64,000 nt of DNA. It comes from Lepidodermella squamata. Taxonomy: Eukaryota; Animalia; Gastrotricha. The notes under the pieces were generated by a model. That model saw nothing but the letters and a program-made list of their open reading frames with translations. It ran no database searches and was not told where the DNA came from. Each line of letters opens with the position of its first letter. Positions within the stretch are counted from its first letter, which is position 1. The stretch spans positions 1,798,001 to 1,862,000 of the forward strand of contig JBLDXI010000055.1 in the NCBI GenBank assembly GCA_047495785.1, given 5' to 3'. The position numbers and the translations under genes were made by a program. Positions 1 to 11,000 of this stretch are shown here, piece by piece.

Positions 1-330
1 CACTGACGTCTGCTCCACAGGATGGCTGGCTTCTGTCTGATTATCGCCAACAGGGTTCTGAGGAAACGGGTCATCATTGTACTGAGGGATTTGGGCGTTC
101 TCCCCACCGACTTGGCCATCTTGACGATAAACGTACGGACAGTTTTTTCGCTTGATTTGGACGGCAAGAGGTTCTAGAATTAAAAACAAGTTAGGGTTGA
201 TTAGTAACAGCAACGGGCTCAGACCAGGTTGACCATTAAATCCGGACACTGCATTCGCAGGTCTTTTACGATTAACATTTATCCGAACTTCACAAGGTCG
301 CAAACCTCCACCGCCATGACCACCATTCAT
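1..330 (-). CDS. 5' part of an unknown spliced gene that runs off the window start (MNGGHGGGGLRPCEVRINVNRKRP...EPLAVQIKRKNCPYVYRQDG...)
   Basis: ATG at 330. A ~50-nt phase-1 GT..AG intron (~174-224) joins two stop-free exons in frame. No family recognised. Confidence 0.5.
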   Translation of the reverse strand, partial: MNGGHGGGGLRPCEVRINVNRKRPANAVSGFNGQPGLSPLLLLINPNLFLILEPLAVQIKRKNCPYVYRQDGQVGGENAQIPQYNDDPFPQNPVGDNQTEASHPVEQTSV

Positions 331-684
331 ATTCAAACTCTATCAATCTTTCTACAAAGAAGTCAGGAACCGATGTAAATTACATTTACAAAATAAACTT
401 TAGGAATTACGAGATGGAGATAATAAGAAGCCTAACGCATTATCAACATGTTCAATCATCAATCATTGAGCTAAACAATGGTCATTCTTCTTACTTGGGT
501 CATCTTACCAGCTTAGTAACAGATGAGCGCGCCCAGGCAGTTTGGTGCGTTGCCTTATTGCGTTACCAGATTCACCTTCGTGTTCTGCTTTTGTCAGGGC
601 TTTCGGAAGTTGGTTCTTATAAGGATCTTTGGGTTTTCAGCGTGATTGAACGCATTTCAACGAGGCGCCCCGAGAATAGTATTA

Positions 685-864
685 TGAATCGAGATTCATT
701 CTCTTGCACAATTGGCACGGGTCAACCTTTCAGGGCACTCCAAACCTAACCCTAACCTTAAACATAACCCATAGCATTAACCCTAAACCAAACCCCAAAC
801 CCCTGCCAAAATGGAAGTTTCGTCGCAGCTGTCTCCCTCGACCTTAGAGAGGCATCCCGATTCA
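685..864. mobile_element. Small MITE-like element with internal degenerate (CCCTAA/TAACCC) repeats
   Basis: Imperfect terminal inverted repeat: TGAATCGAGATTCATTCTC versus the reverse complement TGAATCGGGATGCCTCTC. Internal cctaaccctaaccttaaacataaccc...taaccctaaacc at ~745-803. A related fragment lies near 18700-18780. Confidence 0.55.
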
Positions 865-1074
865 CGATGGCATCTAGCATCGTTCACAGCAGTGTTGCAG
901 GTTTCGCGTTCAGTTTATTTACAGGTTTCGACGAAAAAGCAAAAGTTGTCTCTATTTTTACATTTTTGAATTTCGAGCTATACAAAATACCGGGTATGCA
1001 TGACATATACAACAACAAAAATACTACAAAATTAATATTAATAATAACTAAAAAGGTCTGAAAAATTGTAAATA

Positions 1075-1676
1075 TGTCACGTGACCTCCCACGTGAGGTG
1101 AGTCGGCCTTCTTTGATGGCAACCGCCACCTTGAGATGGCTCACACTCAGGCTGGAAAGACGTATGCGAAACCTAGTATGCCTTCACGTGGCTCCATGTC
1201 GAAGCGCCCGTCGAGCATACAGAGTTGTTTACCGACAGACCAGCTTTTGAAAGCACTTTTAATAGCAGAACATGAAGACTAATTCGATTTTATCGAGGAG
1301 AAGTAGGAGAAGTACTTGGCCCATCGCCTGATAAGCATGAAGTCTCTGGTGGGATATCTCAATAAACTGAAGTAGGGGCGCCGCCGTTGGCCTGAGCAGA
1401 CGACACGGTTTTATCCTCAGAGGCCGCTTGGGATTCACACGTGGGCCGCCATGACTCTCAATGGTTGTCTCGCTCGAGAGGTGGGGAAACCCACAGGTCG
1501 ATTGACAGTCTTCTGCGAAAAGGCTTAGATAAACTCGAGTTGGGTTCGGCACCACATCCAATGGTGTAAAATCTCCATTAGAGTGGGAGGAATCGAGAGT
1601 GGGTAGCCAGCTCACCCTCGAATCTTCCAAACCAGTCATCATCATCAGAAGTAGCTCCCCCACCTAACCTGTTACA
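1075..1676. mobile_element. Possible solo-LTR-like remnant
   Basis: A ~600-bp block richer in GC than its flanks, bounded by TGTCAC...GTTACA (TG..CA ends). No target-site duplication found and no recognisable protein. Confidence 0.25.
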
Positions 1677-2069
1677 CCGCTCCCGCACGAATCCAACGTA
1701 CCAATACACGCATACATCCCTACATAAGCAGAGAGATTGCGATATGTCTAATGGCATACAGCATCATTGGAATAGTACGTGATTTTGTGTCTTATTTCGA
1801 AAAGCAACTTATAGGAACATTATATAACTGTGTAGAGAAAAGTATGGTTCTTGATCGTTTCTGTTTTGGCATGAAAAGATTTTATTTTGCAACCTTTGCC
1901 TCTCGGCACTCGCGGCGCGTTAACTCATGCCCGCATTTTGATCATGGATCCACGCATTCCAGCGTTTAGATTGGCTTTGAGATTGTCGTTAAGAGTTAAG
2001 AATGTTTCGTCATTGTTAGTCATGTTTGTAAATTCATCCACTTCTACTTCTTTTTCGCCTTCGTAGAAA

Positions 2070-3573
2070 ATGGCTGTGATTTTAGAAACATCAATTGGGG
2101 ATATTACGGTTGACCTGTATACCGACGAACGTCCACGAAGTATGCTACTTTATTTTTATCCCAATTTGCCGTCACTATTTTTCTCCTTTCAGCTTGTTTT
2201 AATTTCTTGAAGCTATGCAAGACGAAGCAATACAATTTCATTTTGTTTTACTCTGTTCAGGTATGCATTTTTTTCACGCTAAATTCTTTGATTCTAGTAA
2301 ATACACTTCTTTTCGTCAGAGGAATCTTTGCGTGCAAACTGGCGACCCCACGGGAACCGGAAGAGGTGGGGAATCCATATATGGGTATGCTTAATGGATT
2401 AAATAGTTGAATAACCTGTCCAATTTACTATTTTTCGTAAATAGCCATCTTTATGGAGAGCAGGCTCGGTATTTCGAAATGGAGAAGACGCCAGTTTTGA
2501 AACACAAAAAAGTGGGAACGCTATCAATGATTAACAATGGATCGGACATGCATGGATCGCAATTCTTAATCACTTTGTCTGAAAACTTGGATTATCTTGA
2601 CGGAAAGCACACTGTTTTCGGCGAGGTTTCTGAAGGTTTTGAAGTACTAGCCAAATTCAACGAAGCATTCGTTGATGAAGAGCATCGCCCCTATCGGGAC
2701 ATTCGCATTTTTCACACTGTTATTATTGACGACCCGTATCCAGATCCTGCACATCTAAACCCACCTAGTCGATCACCCTCGCCACGTCCGCGAGAGACCC
2801 TCGACATTATTAGGATCGGTGTCGATGAAAAAATCGACGATTTAGAAGGAATGTCGAAGGAAGAAGTCGAAACTCTCATCAAAGACAAAGAAGCGAAAGC
2901 GAATGCCCAGATTTTGGAAATGGTTGGCGATCTACCAGATGCCGAAGTTGCTCCACCTGAAAACGTTTTGTTCGTGTGTAAACTCAATCCCGTTACGACC
3001 AGTGAAGACCTCGAAATCATTTTTTCGCGGTTCGGTAATATTGTCAGCTGCGAAGTTATACGCGATCAACACTCTGGCGAATCACTTCAATACGCCTTCA
3101 TTGAATTTGAGAAAGAGGAAGACTGTGAACGCGCTTATTTTAAGATGGACAATGTCCTAATTGACGAGCGTCGTATTCACGTCGATTTCAGCCAATCGGT
3201 TTGTTTTCGTGGAAAAGAATATTATTAAAACTAAATTGCGTTTTCACAGGTCGCCAAAGTCAAGTGGCAAAAGTTCAAACAACAGCGAAATAAATCAAAA
3301 GGGAAGAAAGATGACGCCGAAGAAGATGATGATAGCCGGCCATCCGCATCGCATAGCTCAAAAAATAGTCGATACTATAGTCATGACGATAGACCGCGTC
3401 GTCGAAGTCCTGATCGTTCAGAAAGGAGAAGGTCACGATCTGATGAACGCCCTCGTCATAGTTCTTCGCGGCGTGTGGATGAAGAACGGCGTGATCGACA
3501 CAAGCATCGAAAATCGCGGTCGAGATCTCGCGAGCGTCGAGACCGCAGCCGCGATCGCCATCGCCGGCATTAA
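2070..3573 (+). CDS. PPIL4: Peptidyl-prolyl isomerase-like 4 (cyclophilin domain, RRM and RS-rich tail), 5 exons
   Basis: [57 protein letters not shown] and [42 protein letters not shown], then an R/S/D-rich tail to TAA 3571-3573. Introns 2140-2192, 2261-2319, 2385-2444 and ~3199-3249. Confidence 0.95.
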
Positions 3574-3684
3574 CTCTCCTTATCTTTCACAACATTGCTT
3601 TCTTTTCCACCAAACATGGCTAATAAATTCACTTATTCACTAGTTCAATCGAATTGTTGTTTTAATTGGTAGTATTTTAGCTCT

Positions 3685-5453
3685 ATGAAAGTACCTGTTA
3701 AGCGTATCTGCCAGGTTACATCAGCTTTCAGTAGACGGTTTTCTTCCCATCATTCCTTACCAGAAACTAATGAGTCCGATTTGGATCCGATCAATTATAT
3801 CGAGAATTATTCAGCTGTCGATGCGAAGCGACCTCCTCCGAACGTGACATTGGAAAATTAGTTCTCATGGATAACGTCGAAAGTCAACCCATTATTGACC
3901 TTGCCCTACATTGAGCAGCTACGCTGGAAACACCGAGCCCACCGCGAAATTTTGCAGCAAATATCAGAAGTTGCTGAAAAGCATAGGCCAGATTCATTTT
4001 CGCCCGTAGATTATGAAGGTGTGGTGCCATCGCCAAAGATTTATGCCTATCGAAATAAGGACAACTTCCACATTGGAATCGGCGTTGATGGCGATCCTCG
4101 CACTGTTGGTCAAATTGTTGGCTCATCGTCACGGCAGGAGGTTTTCACAGTTTCAACGGAATTTCTTGTGTCATCCCCTGCTGCTCACAAAGCCGTTCTG
4201 AGAGCTTTGCAAGATTACGCGAGAAATTCAGAAATTTCATCGGATTATCGAGACCGGAAATTATGTTGGCAAGACGGGTTCATTCGTAGTAATAGACTAG
4301 GCCAAGTGGCTTTAGCGATTTGCCTGAACCCGAAAGGTCTTTCAGAAAGGTCGAAGCTTCTATTTATCATTTCAAGATGAAGATGAATAATTTTAATTTT
4401 ATTTAGCCAGGTCAGGCTTGAGAAAGAGAGGATAGTCGAATATTTTTCGCGCGGGAAAGGCGCCGCAGTTCCACTTCATTCGCTTCATATAAAGGTTTCC
4501 AAGTTTTCCTGTTATGGGCGCGAGGCCTTCGAATGCGTGCTCGGCGCTGATTACCTAGTCGAAACACTTCTAGGTAAAGAGTTTCACATTTCCCCTGATG
4601 CTTTCTTCCAGGTAAGATGTTCGCAATGAGGCACGAAGATACTCATTTTTATTTCACAGGTAAATCCTTACGGAGCAGAAGTTTTGTATTCGACGGTTCG
4701 ACGTCTGGCGTCGATAGACTTGAAAGGTCTTGAAAACGTGAAATCGTCAGAAAAAACGCTGTTAGACGCATGCTGTGGCACCGGCACAATAGGCATGGCT
4801 ATTATTTTGGCTCGGGTTATCACTCGATCAACCTGATTTTACTTAGGTGTCCTATCGGCTGATTTATTCGCAAATATTATTGGTTTCGGTAATAATTGCT
4901 ATGCACTATCATCTGAATGTTAAGTTTCCATTGTTTCGTTTAGATATTGAAGAAGCCGCAGTGAAGAATGCTCGAGAAAATGTTAGACGTAACTGTATAC
5001 CTAACTCTCATTATTATGTTGGACCTGCTAAATCTTGCCTGCGTTACATGCAAAGCCGGGAAATTATTGATGAAAATCGACCTATTGTCGCCGTGATCAA
5101 CCCGAGCCGATCGGGACTTGCTAACAGCGTTATGAAAGAAGTGAGTTTCCTTGTTTTCCAGTCATCGTATAAGAGCCTGTTCGCTTTTCGGTATCTTCAA
5201 GTTACGGTCGATTCCTGCCATTAAGCGAATAATCTACGTTTCATGCAACCCGGGCGGCCGGTGCTTGAATAATTACGAAGTGCTGTGCCGTTCCGAGCGG
5301 CCATTTGCAGCCAAATTCGCATCATCGTTAACCGCTGATAATGCCCCGATCCCGCTCACGGGCGAGCCATTTATTCCAACCAAGGCTGTATCAGTCGACA
5401 TGTTTCCGCACACACTGCATTGCGAACTCGTGATATCTTTCGATCGGTCATGA
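3685..5453 (+). CDS. TRMT2B: tRNA (uracil-5)-methyltransferase, TRMT2B-like (probably mitochondrial)
   Basis: YRNK, ISPDAFFQVN, LLDACCGTGTIG, VAVINPSRSGL (N-P rather than D-P, as recalled for TRMT2B), catalytic IYVSC and VDMFPHTLHCE. The N-terminus is rich in Arg/Ser and looks like a presequence. The model needs a GC-AG intron (4793-4846) and a short intron ending at 3861. Confidence 0.85.
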
Positions 5454-5681
5454 TGCAGCATTTATTTACTATATTCAGAATATTGTTGTGCAAATAAAAC
5501 GAACGTTTTGATTATTCTTCTTGTTTTTCCCAAAATTTCTCACCTGACACTTGAATGTCGCTGAAGTGGGTGGATTATCGTTTTTAGGTTATTTAATGCC
5601 GCAGATAGAAACAGAATCAATCGATCGCGTTCGGTTCAGCTGTGCTTAAGTCAAAGTTTTTAGCGAGATAATTTGTTGGAA

Positions 5682-6379
5682 ATGTATTTAGTACATCTTT
5701 TAATGCTATTTTTGAATTGTTGGCTGCTACATGCTGGCTTGATAGGTGCCTCTATAGCTTTAACCCAACACAAAGACCATCGTTCGATACAGTGTTTCCA
5801 TTGCCAAGGTCTACGCTGTTCAGGCGAATCAATTTTTTCACTTGAATTGTGCCCGAGTACCCAACAATTTGCTTGCGGAATAAGGTAGGCACAAATGAGA
5901 ACAAGATCATTCTTGTATTTGAGAATGATTTTCAAATTGCAAGGAACGATGGTCAGCGCGGATGCGTAGCTGCGGATGATTGCAGAACGCTGGAATCGAA
6001 CCAGTCAATCTATTCAGAGAATAGTCAACATTTTTCAACGAAGCTAGAATCTACCGATTCGGAAAACGCCTTTTCGAACGATAGCGAGGCTTCAAAGAAA
6101 CTTTTCATTTCGTATAAATACTGCTGTTTTGAAAATCTATGCAACTTCGAGCCACGATTGACAGAACCGCCAGATCACGGGCTAGTAGTTTTCGTATTGG
6201 CTCTTGTTGCGTTGATTGCCGCCGTTGGGTTGTTCTTGGCATTTTATGGGCTCTACACGGCGTTCAAACTAATATTTACACAACAGTTGGCGACTCGGAC
6301 GTCTCGTCGAAACACCACTCGAAGGAATGCTGCGCCTAGATTATCCTACCACCCTCCGGAACTTCCCAGTGAAATTTAG
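5682..6379 (+). CDS. Single-pass membrane protein with a three-finger (Ly6/uPAR or TGF-beta-receptor-ectodomain-like) domain and short tail
   Basis: Signal peptide, CFHCQGLRC...C...C, intron 5885-5943, RGC....C...CCFENLCN, hydrophobic segment GLVVFVLALVALIAAVGLFLAFYGLY, and a basic tail of ~35 aa. Confidence 0.7.
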
Positions 6380-7043
6380 GCTCTTGTTTCTTATGCGATC
6401 GAAAATTATGATGGTCCAACAGCAAGAATTATTTGTAAAAAAATCTGAAAATAAATTGTTTTGATAACTGTACCAATATGCAAGGTGAACTGCAGGGTGA
6501 AACTTTCATCAGGTAGACGGTGAAAGAGGCTGCCTCCATATCAAATCATATCATATCAAATGAAGTGAGGATCGCTAGTGAGGACGCCGGGGAAGGGGCC
6601 GCGGAGGGCAAAGTGTAGGTCAAAGGCAATTGTGAATGAGCACGCACCCATTCCCCTATTAGAAATTTTGAAACTGTCCTTATAATTTACATATCTCAAT
6701 ATAACATTGTAGATTACGCTTCAGTAAGGCGATGAGCTACAACCTTCATGCAGCGGTTAATTTACACACAGGATAGATTCTTTCCAATCTGTGGTAGAAA
6801 ATAATTTTAGAACACAAGATAGACAGAATGATTTTTCAATTTTGATGTCAGCTGGACTCAAAATCCTAAAAAGAAATACCATTTCACTATCGAGATAGCT
6901 GCAAAGTACTTCCGTTACTTGAAATATGAGCCCAGGACTGACAAGTTATGTGAGCTTGTCATGCAATTCTGCTATAAAAAACGACCCCTTATTCCAATTC
7001 GTTCCAATGTCTATAACTGACTTTGACTCCGGCACGCATTCGG

Positions 7044-7634
7044 ATGGCAGAATCATTTTTCGATGGCGTGAGTCTGGTTGCTGTTGAAGCCGAAAACATT
7101 CCTGATCCGCTACCCGGGTAAGAAGTCACCAAATAAACGTCTGTACCAGTAAGGTTCTTTTCCACCAGCATTATTATTGCACCTTCCATCCAGGAAAATG
7201 GCAAAGTCTGTTGGCAGGAAATATCCATCATCAAGTGCTTCGTGAAGGTGCCGATTTGCCGCAACAGCGCCAGATTTCAGTTGTCTCGCGATGATGACTT
7301 TGTGAAGATGGCATTGGCTTCTGTCCCGGATCCTAATCAACCGCAATCCTCAAGAAACGCATGTGGATGCTACTCGAGAAATACCATGATTCTTCTATCT
7401 TTATTGCTGTTTTTCGTTACGGCTCTTTGCCTAAGTTGCGGTGTCATGGTTGTTTACGAAAAGGGCATCTCTGTCGTGCCGGAAAGCCCAGCAATTATGT
7501 ACAACGATGGTATGTTCTCTGCAGCTGTACTTCCAAGCGCTTGAATGAGAAAATAAATATATCAAGTCCATTACGCTTGCTAATATTCATCATCGCTTTT
7601 TTAATTCAGCTTTTTGTTTGAAAAAGGACACGTA
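7044..7634 (+). CDS. Unknown small membrane protein (one hydrophobic helix)
   Basis: ATG at 7044. A 51-nt intron (7118-7168) keeps frame into ORF 7242-7544 with the segment MILLSLLLFFVTALCLSCGVMVVY. Probable last intron ~7510-7609. Confidence 0.45.
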
Positions 7635-8019
7635 ATACGTCGCACATAAAACGACTTGGAAGTCACGTAACTCAACAGTCAACAAAAAGATAGAATGTGC
7701 TGAGAGCTGCTAGAATTCGGAAATTGGGACACCTTGCGCAATTCTGACACCAAGTTTCCAGGTGCCAAATAATTGGATAGCGGCGCCATAGAGATCAATT
7801 TCGGTGCCAAAGTCGCCTATCAAGAAGTGACAGCACATTCAAAAAATCGAATATCAATGGCTGGCATGCCATTCTTTTCTTTTCTGAGTATGATGATATG
7901 CACCCGCAAAAGATATAATAATTGAAGTAGGAACAATGTACTCAGCTAAAAAAGGGGAAACATAATTGCATATTGTATCGGCACAGAGAGTTTTTCCGCA
8001 GGTAAGACTACACACACAG

Positions 8020-11000
8020 TCAAACATCGATGAACTGAAGACTGCCCTTCGTCAGCGACTTTCCAACAACTGCATTTTCTACGAGGTGAGCCGACGAGTC
8101 ATTGACGGTGAAAGTCGAAAGCGGTAACTGGTGATTTGCTAGCTGGTGGTTTATCGAGGATGAGAAAGTTGGAGATGGCGATGGGAAAATGGCCGGCATG
8201 AGCGCGAAAGCGTGAGCTTTTTCCTTCGCGCCTCTGCTAGCATCGTCCGCCTCAGTCGACGCCGAATTGGGTGAGCAAGAATCATGAGCCTCGAGCAGTA
8301 CCACGCCGCGATTGCTTTCTCCGCGACCACTGTCAGCATCCTCAATCATCGCAAGGTCTTCTTCATCATGGCTGTTCGCTAGCAGACGTTCTTCGATGAA
8401 AGCATGATCTGCGTCGTTTTTATTACCGTGCCGTTGCAGGGATTTGCCCATTTCCAAGAAACTTGATTTCAATGATGTTGTCGAATGGCGCGGTTGCAGA
8501 TCGACCATATCCCCGCGTTGTAGCACCATGCCAGCAACGTCTTGCAAAGTAACAATACCCGTACGAGCGCGTTGAATTTGAACACGGCCGTCTAAAAAAA
8601 AAAGAAATTCATAATGAACATGCAACTGCGATGGTGACGACACGAAACAAACCTTTCTCGTTATCATTCAGCAAAACCTCGAGCATCTCCATACGACCAG
8701 CGTCGTTTTGAACCATTATTTTCTGCCGATATTCACCGAGTGTCACTCGATTATTGGGCGAAGAGACCGTTTTGATTCCAGATCCTGAATTATTTCCACC
8801 ATCGTATCTAAGGCTTGTGCTGATTGTCGTCTCGGGATTTCGCTTCAAAATAGCTCGTCGAGCGATATAAAGACTGATAAAAAGCACGTTAGCAGCAATA
8901 AGCATTACTAAAATGTATCAGTAGCAAAATAAATCCTTGTTAACAAATTATTCGATTGAAATGTATACCTCCAACAGACGTCAAGCAAGCGATCAAAATA
9001 GAAAGGGCAGAGGAGGATCCAGGCGAAGATGTCATTAAGCCAGCGGAGAGCGTGTTGTCGTCGATTTTTGCCAACTCGCTGTCTGTTCGCGCAAATCGAA
9101 CAAAAATCGTGCGGCTGGACTTGCCTAAGGCATTGCCGACAGTTACAGTCAAAGCTAGGGTTCCGGCATCGTCGAAGGGCACTAATGGGTCCCGTGGTTT
9201 CGCGGCATCGCGACGCATGTCAACGTTTGCCGTTGGCTTGAAGTCAGGAACGACAGCAGGTATTGGAGACAAATGCGGCAATTTGGCTTCAATCAAGTTG
9301 CGGGGTAGGGCCAACTTTCCTTCATTGGCAAACTGACTTCGCGCTCGCTCGTCAGGCAAAACGCCCAGCGTCACATCGTCGTTGTCGATGGACACTACAA
9401 CTTCTTCGACATTAAAGCTTGGCGATGACTTTGCATGGCACGTCAGCTTCGACCACTCAGGTAGCGTATTTGATGCATGCCGCGAGTTGATGTAAGTCGG
9501 CTGTTGGTTGAACAACAAGATTGTGACATCTGTAGGACAGTCGGTGAATATGGGCCGATACAGAGTTGAAATGACGAGTTCTGTCATATTGCGACCGAAT
9601 TGGTTGAAAGTTTCGCAGACCACGGCCACGCCATCAAGGAAGGCGGAGGAAGTAAGGCGAATTGTGGAGCCTCCACCAATGGCTCGTTCGGTCCGAAAAT
9701 TGGGCCCTAAAACGGACGGTTGGGGAACAATCCAGCGAGCCGTCGGTTGTGGATTTCCTGTTGTAGGTAGACACGTCGCTGCAAATTCGGTTCCCTCCTT
9801 GATAGGCATCTTGGAGTCATCGGCCAGAGTAATTGCGGGTGGTCCAGGACTGTAAAGAACGTCCAGTCTTAAGCGACGATGTAGACCGGCGTCTGATTTC
9901 GGAAACAACAGATCACTCGCCGCAGAGCAAGTTAACTCGCGGCCGTTCCATGACGGCGAAACAAATAGCGATAGTTCGTTGCCATCGACCAGAGTTGCGG
10001 CGGGATCTGATTGCGACCAACGGTATCTGATAGAGTCTATCACAAGTTTCGACCAATGCGGAAGTTTGTGCTTCGAGTCGATCGACGCGAGCCAGCTGGA
10101 CCGATCAACGGAGCAGCTGACTTGAAGAACTTGGCCAGACATGATTCGAAGGTGATCGTTGTTATCGACTGCTACGTTGTTTTTTCCAACTGTCAGAACA
10201 AGCCGTGATGGAGGCAGGACAATTTTGACAGTCATCGACGACGTAGTATTGCCAATAGCGTTGCTCGACAAACATGAGATGTTTGACACTGTTATGCCGG
10301 GGATGTCAAACAAAGAGTTCTGGTTATTTCTCGATCCATCTGATTTGTTAAGGAATTCAACAGTTCCAAATACGAGCGATGTCGTTGATGTCGTAATTAT
10401 TCCAAGGCCATTTGGCGTCGGTGCTTCTGTATGGCTCATTGGCAAACCAACCACCTGAAAGGTAAAAACAATAGGTATGAATGAAATACAATCAAACGCC
10501 TTATTAAGAATGTCAAAATTCAAATTTTTTTATAAGGATGATTCGGATTATTATGGCTTACAGGAATTGAGTTTTTCAGCCAAGTTATCTTCGACCCCGG
10601 ATTTGCCAGAGCGTTGCATTGAATTTTCAGCGATGAATGGCTGTTTGCGACAACCCAGTCAGCTTCAGACGAGATCAGTGTCGTCGATGAATTAACAGGG
10701 ATCGGAGGAAAATGGACGATTAGCTGGAACTGTTCGAAAAGCGGTAGCTCAATCATGCTCGAACGAGCTTCGCACCTATTTCGAATAACTTAATAGTCGA
10801 AACTAATGAACATCTATATCTATACCTGTATAGTGCGAAGTTGTCCTCTGGCTTGATGATAATTTGTAGCTCGGAGAGAAGCATATTACCAACGCGTCGG
10901 GTATTTGTGTGGTGAGTTTTGCCGTTGCGAATCCAAACTAACGCCGCTGAAGAATCGGACTGGTCAGGAGCTACAACCGAGCAAGTACTTTTAAACGTTG

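Noticed and set aside
414-749. 111-aa ORF and the many other short or antisense ORFs in the track
   Set aside because: No motifs or splice support. Most are shadows of real exons on the other strand or frame, or lie within repeats.
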